A DNA stretch of 52,520 nucleotides from a virus (IMGVR_UViG_3300031576_000059:1-52520); one strand, 5' to 3'; positions 30,101 to 38,972 are shown, counted from the stretch's first letter. Notes: generated by a model not told the origin, from the letters alone. Numbers and translations are program-made.

Positions 30101-30495
30101 AACTCACCGACGAGATCGCCGCTCTTCGTCTTCGTCTCCGACCGCTTGTTCCGCCGAAGGGCGAGGTCAGTCCCAACCCGCAGCTCCACGCCGAATTGCA
30201 GCAGAAGATCAGCACTCTCACCGCTCGTCTCGCTGAGGAAACCGCCCGAACCGAGATCCCCGGCTCCTCCTCCTCCATTGGCCGCGTCGCCATCTCCGCC
30301 GAGCGCATCGGTGTGCGCCTCGCACAGGGCGGCGAGCCAGTCATCGAGCGCCGCTCGGTGTGGCTGGTCGTTGACTCCTCTCACCTCGGTTTCTGGCGCG
30401 AGACAGCGAGGGCCGAGGAGGCGTATACTGCGCTCGACAACAGGATCTTGAAGCTCGCCCTGACAATGCCAGGTGGACCATGCAAACCGACGTGA
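27157..30495 (+). CDS. Large putative internal virion protein (1112 aa)
   Basis: SD AGGAG, ATGA coupling; no recognisable catalytic motif. Confidence 0.6.
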   Translation: MSLALLESLLRRIGSDATAESITRTVLDSLSHARRTGSSTPPLDQLRQRIRSILSEEGITAFQQRERQARLPGMEQFEIPDVAKLDIWDRIVTSVARAREEFEGPATSGGLVRGEEPVIDPLTGKVLAPAVLKEGFRRTPALRQGGGVIPKGPIEEGGAIAVHQTRFSGEPPIDSAAFITSIASRAGEILKRDSGVSSREGSRVLQILDRELSRLRGEIAAETSLPAYPISMLPRFSEEETRLSTLSSKLSRINTAADSFTATGEVAPALAEAIPALAAALPAEPELARTFKVPSGKRFSLPALLRVLGDEITERLFPGNKVLPSMDSHTVRSTAIEIAERYGLLAQGQARRSDLKQLADRAAKIGEKAGLAERGFTRKERVPLIKEGITLLDELSASVTRSPDALMRVSAITRFLDAPMRVSAEIQAWTHALYERALAHSPYSEVRERLKRLVATELRATDADITSILPPDARPDLRISFTAEIAPFKQERGVEAALESARRVLGARRTLERGGKVIALPGAPGLSFERAAISDTRFTPGSILRVKEDRLAFRASGGGIKIGAIGPALHLNSLEGRDLVVLSTGKGFFRVIEEEPERVSEALLVAPFENGLVRSDLATLIEPRNVATVTSSSTLSRQKALAADTEVFASAGSNVVFKNVAERARARALTSAGEPLVALIHEPNGSFVQAWTPDGIDQALLAASPEATLEVITGRTPLEAVIRAEMSVREETANRVIRMIEASASPEAAERRVADLLTAAFGATTDPLDTSIRRASGTAMIKALRRRAPRGAPEENLGDLGLRLLKGGKIPSGATATGQAEIAASQLAELRQVWHKGFKEGSFEATREHPFFRILVERASLRTAARAPYQETAEAVVDDLIKQMEESSVEMLSPQFKMGTSPFDWARKIGTKLKQRIRALNIDPTTIRLHSLGEAELVGQLVPLTKPGRMRSRLVKVQEELALPRGFLGPSLKVEVSQAAKELTDEIAALRLRLRPLVPPKGEVSPNPQLHAELQQKISTLTARLAEETARTEIPGSSSSIGRVAISAERIGVRLAQGGEPVIERRSVWLVVDSSHLGFWRETARAEEAYTALDNRILKLALTMPGGPCKPT

Positions 30496-30716
30496 CCGGG
30501 GATGTTCCATATTTTACAAAAGATACGATTTCCCTATCCCCCCAGCGCGATCCCGGATGCTCAAGGTGCTCCTCTCCCCGTGACCGCCTTGGTCAGCGTC
30601 TCTGCCGCCCCTGCCACGCCGCCTACATGCGGTCCTGGCGCGCTCAGAGGCATCACTACACCCGCACCCTCGAATCCCTCCTTCTAGAGGCCCTCCTGCG
30701 ATGCCCACCCCTGTAG
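30480..30716 (+). CDS. Small Zn-finger protein (probable insertion)
   Basis: CSRC...CRPCHAAYMRSWR; overlaps both neighbours by 16 nt. Confidence 0.65.
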   Translation: MQTDVTGDVPYFTKDTISLSPQRDPGCSRCSSPRDRLGQRLCRPCHAAYMRSWRAQRHHYTRTLESLLLEALLRCPPL

Positions 30717-33697
30717 CCGCCGCCGGCTGCCCCGCACTCCAATCCACTCTCCGTGCCGGCGAGAACTTCGCCATTCTCCGTGGCTCCTCTCGCCCCTCGA
30801 ACCCAGAGCGTTACTGGAGCGTCCGGGAGCGCCTCGACCGGGGGCTCGTGGGCCTCGTCAAGGGCCGCGTGGCGACGACGCTCTTTTTCAGCCCCCGAGA
30901 AGCCGACGCCCTGCTCGCCGAACTCCGTGTCCTCTACCGCTCCGAACCTGCCATCACCGCTGTCCTAGAGCGCCACTTCCGCACCGCCATCGAGCAGTTC
31001 AACGTCCGCTCTCAGCAGCTCGGTGACAAGCACACCCGCATCGCTACTATGGACGCTCGTGTCGCCGCTTGGGCCACCCCGACCCACCTTGAGGCCCTCG
31101 GTTTCTCCTTCTCCTTCACCCCGATCAAGCACCTCCTCTCCGCCACCGACGACGCGATCCCGTTGAAGGAGCAGCTCCAGCGCTTCCACGGCGCCCTCAT
31201 CTCCCACATGGACGAGGGCATCGGCATGGCGAACGACGCGGACCTCGCCTCGCTCGGCGTCGCCACCTTCGCCGAGGGCCACGCCAAGACCGTCGAGGCT
31301 CTCCGCTCCCTCAACCTCCCTCGCGTCCGCACTATCTTCGACTACTGGAAGTTACAGCGAGAGCTGTACCTCGAATCCCGCGCCTCGGTCGTCAAAGAGT
31401 TCCGGCGCATGAACCCCTCCTCTCCCTTCAACGACCAGGAGATCGCCGACACCCTCCTCGGCCCAACCCTCGACGCCTACTACGGCCACGTATTCGATCT
31501 CTCCGTGAAATCCGGTCTCGCCGCCGACGAAGCCCTCGCCGCCGCGATCACCGACGGAGGCTGGGAGATCGGCCACCTCAAGCACGGCCCGAGGACACTC
31601 GCATCGTCCATCCGCTCGATCCTCCGAGACCCCAATCCCGAGGCCGCGTGGAAGCGCGCCTTCCCCGGTGTGGACTTCCGCAAACACGAGCAGGAGCTAC
31701 GGCGAGCGGCGCTGGCATCCGACGACGTAACGATGACCCGAGCCCTGCCTCCCGACATCCGAAACCGCTACCTCCTGCGACGCAAAGGCGAGACCGGCTG
31801 GACCCCGGACTGGCGGCTTCAGGCCGAAGTCACATCCCGCTCCGCCGCCCGACACATCCACTTCGGCCCCCTGTTCAACGAGGGCGGCGCGATGCACTCA
31901 CTCATCGTGGATTGGGGGAAACTCGACCCCTCCGGCAGCGCGGCATTCGCAGACGGGCTCGCTCGGGTCGCAGGCGTTACCCCCCGCCGAGACGCCGCCT
32001 TCCGAGACATCGCGGAGTACACCTACGGCCTCACCGGCCTCGTGTACCACGCCATCGTGCTCGCGTGGCCCGGCGTGGCGCTGCCGAACGTCCTTGGACT
32101 CCCCGTCTACGCTCTCGGAGAGGCCGCACGCCCAGGACTCAAGGAAGGCGCCCACGACGTTCTCGCCGCGATCAAGACCACCACCGACTCAGGTTTCCGC
32201 AACGCCCTCGACCGTCTCGGGATGCGCTCCACCTACTCCCGCAACCCCACCATCGAAGGCGCAACCGAAATCGGCCAGCGCCTCTGGCAAGCCTTCGACG
32301 CACAAGACCCCCTCCTCGCTATGCGCTACCTCAAGGAGTCCGCCCTCTCCTTCACCGACTTCATCTCCATCACCGAAACTCACGTCGTGAAGCCGTTCGC
32401 CTACGCGCTCGGTCTCGCCCGGTGGCAACGAGAGAACGGCCTCGTCGGAGTCCCCTTCTCCCAGCTCCCCGAAGAGGCCCTCGACGACATGCTCGGGGCG
32501 ATGATGAGCACCGCTGCGAAGCTCACCGTTCTCCCCGGCGCCTCGAACGTCATGCCCGCGATGCGCGTGGCCCACGACATTCCCGTGATCGGTCCGCTCT
32601 CCACGATGTTCCTCTCGACCCCCGTGAACATCCTTGGCTTCACGACTCGCAACCTCAAGACCATGCTCGACCATCGTGCCCTCCCCGCCGACCGCGCCCA
32701 AGCCGCCCGCGTGTTCGGCACCACCCTTTTCGCCGGCACCGCCATCGCTGGACCCTACTGGTTCTTCCCCTGGTTCCGGGAGATGGAAAGCAGCGAGGAC
32801 CGAGAGGGTCTAATCGGGGCGCTCAACTCGTTCGAGAAGCGCTTCACCCTCGCCGGGGCACTCCAAATCGACCTCGCCCGTCGCCTGAGCCCCATCGCCG
32901 GAGTGTTCGAGCGCTTCTACCCCGTTGGCGCAGCAGGTGTCGGGGAGGCCGCACTCCGCACGACCTTCGGCCCCCTCGGCCCCGCCGCCTCCGACATCCT
33001 CGCCGGGCTATTCGGCAGCGACCTCGCCGCCCGCCGACGAGTTCTCGGAGCGGCCTCGGAGTTCATGGACATCCCTGCGGCGAGCGTGATCCCCGGAGCC
33101 GCCCAAGTCCTCATCCCCGGCGCCACCGGACTCGAACGCATCCTCCGCTCCGTCATGCACGACATCCCCGCCGTAGACGAGCGCGGGTTTACGCTCGACC
33201 CCACCGGGCGCGCCACCCGCCCCGGCCCCACGGAGTTCGGCGAGGTGAAGGCGTGGCTGTTGGGATCGAGAGACCTGGAGGACACCCTTGCCGCCGCCGA
33301 GGGTGTCCGCTTCGACAAGCGAGTCGAGCACCGCTCGACCGTCGAGAAGCAGATGCGCGCCGCGATCCTCGACGGCAACGCTCAACGGGCCATCGATCTG
33401 TGGAGCGCGAACCAGGATCTCTCCCCCGTGATCACCCTCAACGAGGTCGAGCGTGAGGGTCTGTTTCGTCGTCTCCCAGCCCAGGCCCGTGCGATCTACA
33501 CGAGCCCCATCCGCGATGCGCTTCCCCGAGGGCAGAGGGCCGTCGAGCGACTGGCCGCCGGCAACCTCAGCCCCAGGGAGCGCATGAGCGAGCAGGCGAT
33601 CCTCCTCGCCGTGGTGCTCAAGTTGAGGAGCGGTGTCAGGGTTCCGAGCGACGAGCTTCTGGGATCGAGTCTGACTCTGGGGCCGGCGCCACGATAA
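30701..33697 (+). CDS. Large putative ejection protein (998 aa)
   Basis: Last gene of the structural block; hydrophobic helical C-terminal half. Confidence 0.6.
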   Translation: MPTPVAAAGCPALQSTLRAGENFAILRGSSRPSNPERYWSVRERLDRGLVGLVKGRVATTLFFSPREADALLAELRVLYRSEPAITAVLERHFRTAIEQFNVRSQQLGDKHTRIATMDARVAAWATPTHLEALGFSFSFTPIKHLLSATDDAIPLKEQLQRFHGALISHMDEGIGMANDADLASLGVATFAEGHAKTVEALRSLNLPRVRTIFDYWKLQRELYLESRASVVKEFRRMNPSSPFNDQEIADTLLGPTLDAYYGHVFDLSVKSGLAADEALAAAITDGGWEIGHLKHGPRTLASSIRSILRDPNPEAAWKRAFPGVDFRKHEQELRRAALASDDVTMTRALPPDIRNRYLLRRKGETGWTPDWRLQAEVTSRSAARHIHFGPLFNEGGAMHSLIVDWGKLDPSGSAAFADGLARVAGVTPRRDAAFRDIAEYTYGLTGLVYHAIVLAWPGVALPNVLGLPVYALGEAARPGLKEGAHDVLAAIKTTTDSGFRNALDRLGMRSTYSRNPTIEGATEIGQRLWQAFDAQDPLLAMRYLKESALSFTDFISITETHVVKPFAYALGLARWQRENGLVGVPFSQLPEEALDDMLGAMMSTAAKLTVLPGASNVMPAMRVAHDIPVIGPLSTMFLSTPVNILGFTTRNLKTMLDHRALPADRAQAARVFGTTLFAGTAIAGPYWFFPWFREMESSEDREGLIGALNSFEKRFTLAGALQIDLARRLSPIAGVFERFYPVGAAGVGEAALRTTFGPLGPAASDILAGLFGSDLAARRRVLGAASEFMDIPAASVIPGAAQVLIPGATGLERILRSVMHDIPAVDERGFTLDPTGRATRPGPTEFGEVKAWLLGSRDLEDTLAAAEGVRFDKRVEHRSTVEKQMRAAILDGNAQRAIDLWSANQDLSPVITLNEVEREGLFRRLPAQARAIYTSPIRDALPRGQRAVERLAAGNLSPRERMSEQAILLAVVLKLRSGVRVPSDELLGSSLTLGPAPR

Positions 33698-33757
33698 TGC
33701 GGGGGTAAATACTTAGAGTCATCGCGTCGATCAGCATGTTCAACAACTCCTTCTGTG

Positions 33758-33994
33758 CTAGTGCCACCTCTCCCCCGGCAGCAACGTCATCTGTGTCACC
33801 ACCTCCCTGAACTCCCCCGCCGTCCCCACTTCGATGCTCGTCTCCTGCTCGCATACCGCCTTGAACCTCCCTTCTCCACACCGCTCGCACTTCAACTTCT
33901 CGTCATCGGGCCAATCTGTCAACACCGTCATCGCATTGTCGAGCGCCCGCGTGCAGCCAGCGCATCTGAGGAAGAGTCTAGCTGCCACCTCCAC
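33758..33994 (-). CDS. Zn-ribbon hypothetical protein
   Basis: CAGC...CERC. Confidence 0.55.
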   Translation of the reverse strand: MEVAARLFLRCAGCTRALDNAMTVLTDWPDDEKLKCERCGEGRFKAVCEQETSIEVGTAGEFREVVTQMTLLPGERWH

Positions 33995-34310
33995 CCCCGT
34001 TCGTCCGGGCCTCTTTGATCGCCTCTACCACCCCCTCTGGCCCGAGCGTCTCCTCCTCCATCCACACCGGTGTCACCTTCCCTCCGAAGTTAGCCTCCAC
34101 GAGCTTCCAGGTGTGGTAGCACCCCTTCCCGCACCGCAGCCCAGCTCGGATCTCGTGCATCTGAGCCTGGAGCGCCCCAGGCGTGATCACCCTCGGCATC
34201 CCATGCGCCAGCACCGCGAGGTTCGCCATCATGTCGATGAACGGCACCCGCACATCGGCGGGGAAGATTCGACTCTGCTTCGGCTTCTTCGCTCCCTCAT
34301 CCTCTCCCAC
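33978..34310 (-). CDS. Hypothetical protein
   Basis: SD GGAGG before a GTG start. Confidence 0.5.
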   Translation of the reverse strand: MGEDEGAKKPKQSRIFPADVRVPFIDMMANLAVLAHGMPRVITPGALQAQMHEIRAGLRCGKGCYHTWKLVEANFGGKVTPVWMEEETLGPEGVVEAIKEARTNGGGGGS

Positions 34311-34396
34311 GCCGCACCTCCTCTCCTCGATTCGCTTCAACGATCCTCATGAGCACCCTCACCGCACTCTCCAGGCACCGAATGTACCGCTCCCTC

Positions 34397-34558
34397 TCAG
34401 CTTCCAAGATACATCTCCTTGAACCTCGGCGGCACCCCGAGGGGCACCCGCTCTCCGCAATCGCACACGGCCCGCAGCGCCCCGAGCAGCCCTGGTAGGA
34501 ACATCTGGCCGCAGGCGGAGCACGTATGTGGGGCCTCTCTTAGCCATGCGCCTGTCAC
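34397..34558 (-). CDS. Small Zn-ribbon protein
   Basis: CSAC...CDC; GTGA coupling to the polymerase stop. Confidence 0.45.
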   Translation of the reverse strand: MTGAWLREAPHTCSACGQMFLPGLLGALRAVCDCGERVPLGVPPRFKEMYLGS

Positions 34559-36042
34559 AGCACCCTCTCCATCCCCCCCGGATTCCCCTCGCTCTTCGGT
34601 CCCCAATTCCTTCCTCGACTCACCTCCACCCTCGGTCTCCATGTCGCCTTCCCTATGAGCGCCTCGAACTCCGGCACCTCGCGCTCAAGTGTGTGTTTGA
34701 CCTCCTTCGTCAGCCTCTCCGCTTCCTCCTCCCGGACCTCCACGACGTGCTCATCGTGCTGCACAGTGTACAAGCCCACTCCCAGCGCCGTCAGGTCCGC
34801 GATCCCCACGAGATGCAGCACCGCATTCATGCTCTGCGGCCCCGTTGCTAGCGCCTCCTTGCGCTGCTTGCTGTCGAGCATGAGCACCCGCCTGCCTCCA
34901 GAAGACTTCGCCGTCACGTCGAAGAACCTCCTCCTGAACCCGAACACCGTTCGCAACTCCCTACGCGCCAGCACCTCCTCCTCTACCCCCTTTTGCCACA
35001 CCGGGATCTCCGGCCACGCAGCGAAGTAGGCCGCTCGTCCGGCCGCTGCCAACCGCTGCTCGATCCTCATCCGCCGAGCGAGGTTGAAATCCCCTTCACC
35101 ATAGTCCTCTGCGTGGGTGAACGTCTTGCACACCGAGCGCCGCGCTTTCCACCCCGCCTTGTCGTTCCACGACCACCCGAAGATCGGCGCCAGCAGCTCC
35201 AGGTTCTGTGAATGGATGTCCTCTTCGCGCTCATAAGCCTCCACCGCTCGTCCGCACCTCGCTGCGATCATCGTCATGATCCACTCGATCTGCGCCGCAT
35301 CCGCCGCGAGCAGCACATGCCCCGGCCGCGCCACGTAGATACTCCTCACGTCCTTTGGGATGTTCTGCCCGTTGTAATCCTCCTCCTCGATTGGAACGTC
35401 CTCGCGGATCGCCCCTGAGCGGATCCGCAGCGTTGAAGTGCCACACAACGACGAGTTCGGATGCGCACATCCATCCACCCCTATCGGCGGATCCAGAAAC
35501 GTCCGTAGTCGCTGCCCTACGTGCGCGAGGGAGATCAGCGTCCGCAGCAGCGGCACGGCCGCATCCGGCGTCGAGCGTAGCTCCAACAGCTCCTGGAGCA
35601 CGAGGAGACGGACGCTGCGGATCCCCGTGTCCGTCCACCCAATCGCCGGCCACTTGAGCCCCAGCTCCTCGCCCAGCAGCCACCTCACATGATCCGGCTT
35701 CACCGGGTTGAAGTTCGACAGCCTCAGCTTCCGCCGCACCACCGGGCTCGCCTTCCACTCCCGGATCGCCGCACGCCGCTCGGCGCACCGCTCGCACTTC
35801 CGTACCCCTTCTCCTCGATTCGGGTGCGGATGCTCGCTGCACCCCTCGACCTCCGGGCCATCGATCTTCGGCACCCTCGGCGCGGCCACTGCGAGCACCT
35901 CGTCCGAGGCCCTGGCGTGCTCCTTCTTGGCCTCCTCGCGCTTGCGCTCCAGCTCCTCGGTGTCCACCAGCATCCCTCGCCGCCGCATCGCTACGAGCGG
36001 GGCGAGAGTGGGGGCGATGATCGACGAGTAGAGGGGGCGCAT
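34555..36042 (-). CDS. polA: Family A DNA polymerase, polymerase domain only
   Basis: RGMLVD, FNP, NGQNIP, motif A LLAADAAQIE, motif B RSVCKTFTHAEDYG, TVFGFRRRF, motif C VQHDE. Confidence 0.93.
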   Translation of the reverse strand: MRPLYSSIIAPTLAPLVAMRRRGMLVDTEELERKREEAKKEHARASDEVLAVAAPRVPKIDGPEVEGCSEHPHPNRGEGVRKCERCAERRAAIREWKASPVVRRKLRLSNFNPVKPDHVRWLLGEELGLKWPAIGWTDTGIRSVRLLVLQELLELRSTPDAAVPLLRTLISLAHVGQRLRTFLDPPIGVDGCAHPNSSLCGTSTLRIRSGAIREDVPIEEEDYNGQNIPKDVRSIYVARPGHVLLAADAAQIEWIMTMIAARCGRAVEAYEREEDIHSQNLELLAPIFGWSWNDKAGWKARRSVCKTFTHAEDYGEGDFNLARRMRIEQRLAAAGRAAYFAAWPEIPVWQKGVEEEVLARRELRTVFGFRRRFFDVTAKSSGGRRVLMLDSKQRKEALATGPQSMNAVLHLVGIADLTALGVGLYTVQHDEHVVEVREEEAERLTKEVKHTLEREVPEFEALIGKATWRPRVEVSRGRNWGPKSEGNPGGMERVL

Positions 36043-36305
36043 CAACTGGCCCACTTGGCAAACTCGCCGGAGCAATCAGCGAGGGGCGCATCCTCGTACT
36101 GCGTGTTCCACCCGGCTACTGGCTTGATTTTTCCAAGTCTCCTAAACTTCTTGAACATCTCGGCTAGAGACTCGTAGGTGAAATCCACACAAGCGAGGTT
36201 GTCACCGTAGATCCACTCCGGCTCCCCGATTTCCCTCCATCCCAGAAGCACGTTGATTGAGATCAACGCCGCGGCGAGACCCGAGAAGAATCGTCGGCGG
36301 GTCAC
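36042..36305 (-). CDS. Small protein with a twin-arginine-like N-terminus, inserted in the polymerase locus
   Basis: MTRRRFFSGLAAALISINVLLG; coupled at both ends (GTGA, TGATG). Confidence 0.65.
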   Translation of the reverse strand: MTRRRFFSGLAAALISINVLLGWREIGEPEWIYGDNLACVDFTYESLAEMFKKFRRLGKIKPVAGWNTQYEDAPLADCSGEFAKWAS

Positions 36306-36442
36306 GTCCGCTCCAGAGCGTCGATGATCTCGTTGATCTTCCTTCGTACTTCTCTCAGCTCCTCGGCTGTTGTGTTCCCCGGTACCCCAGGAGCAAGATC
36401 ACTGTCCCGCGGAATCGTCTCGTCGAGTTTCTCGATCTTCAT
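36302..36442 (-). CDS. 46-aa protein inserted in the polymerase locus
   Basis: TAATG coupling, SD GGGAGG; MKIEKLDET...RRKINEIIDALERT. Confidence 0.65.
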   Translation of the reverse strand: MKIEKLDETIPRDSDLAPGVPGNTTAEELREVRRKINEIIDALERT

Positions 36443-37671
36443 TAGATCCACCCCTCCCTTCGACACACCTCATTCTGTTCCGCCCACAACCTCCTCGTCG
36501 AATCCACGTCCAGCGCGCAGTATCCCGCTCTCCACTGCCCATCCGTGATCGGTATCAAGGGTGCAGGCATCATTGCTGCCCATGCCGCCCTCAGCGCCGT
36601 CTGCCTCCTCACTTCATCCGGCTTCACCGCCCCACTCAACTCCTTCCAATACGGCCTCTCGTGCCCGAACCTCAGCGCCGACCGGAACGCTAGCCCTCTC
36701 GCAAGGTCCGGCTCGCACAGCCCTCCCTGTGCCATCGTGTCCTCGAACGGCGGCACGACATCGATCCCCGCCTCCTCCAGCCTCGGAATATCGAACCCCT
36801 GGATGTTGTGCCCTACCTTCACCACTGGCATCCGCATGAGCCTCCGCACCTTCTCCCTTGCGCTCCACCACGCCTCCCCGTACACCGGCCCTCCATCGAG
36901 CGCCTGCATCCCGATCCACTCGATCCTCCCCGTCCCATCCGTCTCCAGGTCGAACACGAACCCTCCCCGGAGCCTCGCCTCCTCGATTCCCTCGTGCATC
37001 ACAAACGGCATGAACTTCCGCCCTCGTCGAACGACCTGGAGCAGGCGCATCGTGTCGAGCCCCGGTACAGCCCTGTAGGCCATCGCAGGGAACTTCTCTA
37101 ACCTCTTCCTCCTGATGATCGCCGCTGGGTGGATCGACACCCCAATCCAATCCACCTCCTGCGGCACCGGGCACCTCTCCCCAACCGCCGCGTGCATCGC
37201 AGCGACCTCTCTCTGACTCCACACCGCTCCTCGGTGCTTGAGCAACCTCGCCGACCCTGCGGCCGGCACGATAGGCCCGAGCACGCTCCTCAGCGCCGCG
37301 CCTCCGAGCAGCATCACACCCCTCGGCCGTACCTGCCGCAAGAACTCCTCCACCCTCTCTCTGCACACCCTCACCGCTCGGATCTCCTTCATCCCTCCCT
37401 TATCTGGGCGAGCGCACTGGTGGGCGTTCTCGACAGCGACCTCCACTCTCGCTAGCCCTACCCTCCCGAGCGTCCCGACCTCCAACTCCCTCCCCGCGGC
37501 GCCGACGAAACAGTGAGGCCCCGGCTCGTCTCGTGCAGCCGCCCTCACTTCATCCTCCGCCGGCCCCTCCCCGATGAACGCCACCTCCACCCCGGCTCGC
37601 CGTTCCGTGGAGCGGACGACACCTAGCCCTCCGCTCCACGGACAGTCACGGCAGGGCTCAACCAGCGGCAC
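36442..37671 (-). CDS. Family-4 uracil-DNA glycosylase fused to a 3'-5' exonuclease (N-terminal half of an SPO1-like polymerase)
   Basis: CRDC, FIGEGP, FVGAAG, QCARP, IHPAA; ExoI FDLET, ExoII GHNIQGFD, ExoIII YCALD. Confidence 0.9.
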   Translation of the reverse strand: MPLVEPCRDCPWSGGLGVVRSTERRAGVEVAFIGEGPAEDEVRAAARDEPGPHCFVGAAGRELEVGTLGRVGLARVEVAVENAHQCARPDKGGMKEIRAVRVCRERVEEFLRQVRPRGVMLLGGAALRSVLGPIVPAAGSARLLKHRGAVWSQREVAAMHAAVGERCPVPQEVDWIGVSIHPAAIIRRKRLEKFPAMAYRAVPGLDTMRLLQVVRRGRKFMPFVMHEGIEEARLRGGFVFDLETDGTGRIEWIGMQALDGGPVYGEAWWSAREKVRRLMRMPVVKVGHNIQGFDIPRLEEAGIDVVPPFEDTMAQGGLCEPDLARGLAFRSALRFGHERPYWKELSGAVKPDEVRRQTALRAAWAAMMPAPLIPITDGQWRAGYCALDVDSTRRLWAEQNEVCRREGWI

Positions 37672-37867
37672 GGCGATCCCTGAATTGCATGTACCACTCC
37701 ACCGTCTTTCTCAGCATCGCGCTGAAGCCCAGCTTGTCCTCAATAGCGAATGCCACCAGCGCTTCGTGCTGCACTACCGACAGCCGAGTACTCACGTTCC
37801 TCGTTAGCCGTGCGTGTTTCCTGTGCTTCGCTACGGTCTCCTTTCTCCAGCTTCGCTTCCTCGTCAT
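37658..37867 (-). CDS. Ribbon-helix-helix-like DNA-binding protein
   Basis: NVSTRLS...EALVAFA...SAMLRKTVE pattern. Confidence 0.55.
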   Translation of the reverse strand: MTRKRSWRKETVAKHRKHARLTRNVSTRLSVVQHEALVAFAIEDKLGFSAMLRKTVEWYMQFRDRRAAG

Positions 37868-38805
37868 AGGCCCCACTCCTCCCACGGGATCGCCACCTGC
37901 ACGATCCCCTTGTCCTGAAGCGCCACGCCCCGGAGCTTGAGGCACGTCCTGTTGCTCCCACAGTACGGCCTACAAGCGCCGCCGTACATGGTCTCGCACG
38001 AGTGGGGGATCGACTTGAGCACCTCCACTGGATCCTCTCCCTCCTTTACCCTCGTAAACGCCGCGTCGAGCCACTCCACGGCTTCCGCGACGGTGTTCCC
38101 TGCACCCCCAGGCCGAACGGCGCCGATCTCCTGGAGGTTCATCGGCGGCACCCGCTGTCTGATCCACGGGTCCACGAACTGCCCGGACTTCTTATCAAAC
38201 GCCGCCCGCGCAATCGTCCCCGTCCAAGCCTGCATCTCCACGTTCGCCGGGCGGCCGTCGGAGTCGATCTTCACCCGCTCGTCCATCTGAGAGAGCAGAT
38301 GCACTCCCATGTTCACCTGTGCAGAGACCTCCACCTTTGCGACGTGCCCGGAGCGGGTGTAGTAGAACTCCCCTGCCCCGGCGAACTTGTTCTCGATGGC
38401 GAACACACCACCGTTCGGATCGAACAGCACCGTGTCCATCCGGCCCTTGAACTTCTTGCCCAAGAGGGTGCCTCTCACCTCCACCTGCCTCGTCCACCCT
38501 CCCTTCACGAGCCCTTCCTCGACCCTCTCACCCACCGCCGTGCCGACGATGAGCGAGTTGACCCCCTGCGCCTCTGGAGCGTAGGGAAGCGTCCGCCGGA
38601 TGAACTCATCCCGTACCTTCCCGAGCACTGTCGTCGGGGTGAGGATCAGCTCCTTGTGGAACTCATTCCCCTCGCTGTCGAGCGCGGCCTGGACGAGTCC
38701 CGGATGGATCGTTGGCTCCGAGCACTCCGACATCCAGTGCCGCCCGCTCGGGGGCACAAGTTTCCAACAGGATCTACACACAAGCCCCTTGATCCCCGGT
38801 GTCAT
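37864..38805 (-). CDS. Cas4-like PD-(D/E)XK exonuclease
   Basis: GTAVG, FKGRMD, IENKF, AQVN and a C-terminal Cys cluster; SD GGAGG; this is the C-terminal part of the 605-aa track ORF. Confidence 0.72.
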   Translation of the reverse strand: MTPGIKGLVCRSCWKLVPPSGRHWMSECSEPTIHPGLVQAALDSEGNEFHKELILTPTTVLGKVRDEFIRRTLPYAPEAQGVNSLIVGTAVGERVEEGLVKGGWTRQVEVRGTLLGKKFKGRMDTVLFDPNGGVFAIENKFAGAGEFYYTRSGHVAKVEVSAQVNMGVHLLSQMDERVKIDSDGRPANVEMQAWTGTIARAAFDKKSGQFVDPWIRQRVPPMNLQEIGAVRPGGAGNTVAEAVEWLDAAFTRVKEGEDPVEVLKSIPHSCETMYGGACRPYCGSNRTCLKLRGVALQDKGIVQVAIPWEEWGL

Positions 38806-38972
38806 TCCCCTACCTCCGCCGCCACCTTGAACAGCAGCCCCTCTGCGGTGTGCAGATCCTGGCTTCCCACCCCCGTCTCCGAGAGCAGAATCCTCTGCGC
38901 GTCTCCGATGAGCTGCGCCGCCTTGACGATCTTTCCCTTGGCCTTCTCCAGCTTCACGTTCACGGTGTTCAT
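38802..38972 (-). CDS. 56-aa hypothetical protein
   Basis: SD AAGGAG; MNTVNVKLEKAKGKIVKAAQLIG; ATGA coupling to the nuclease. Confidence 0.7.
   Translation of the reverse strand: MNTVNVKLEKAKGKIVKAAQLIGDAQRILLSETGVGSQDLHTAEGLLFKVAAEVGE

Noticed and set aside
36042-36442. Group I/II intron or intein in the polymerase
   Set aside because: I recognised no ribozyme core or intein termini, and the gap is fully tiled by coupled ORFs; not excluded without a covariance search
37864-38805. CRISPR-Cas system
   Set aside because: Only a solo Cas4-like nuclease beside recombination genes; no array or other cas genes seen
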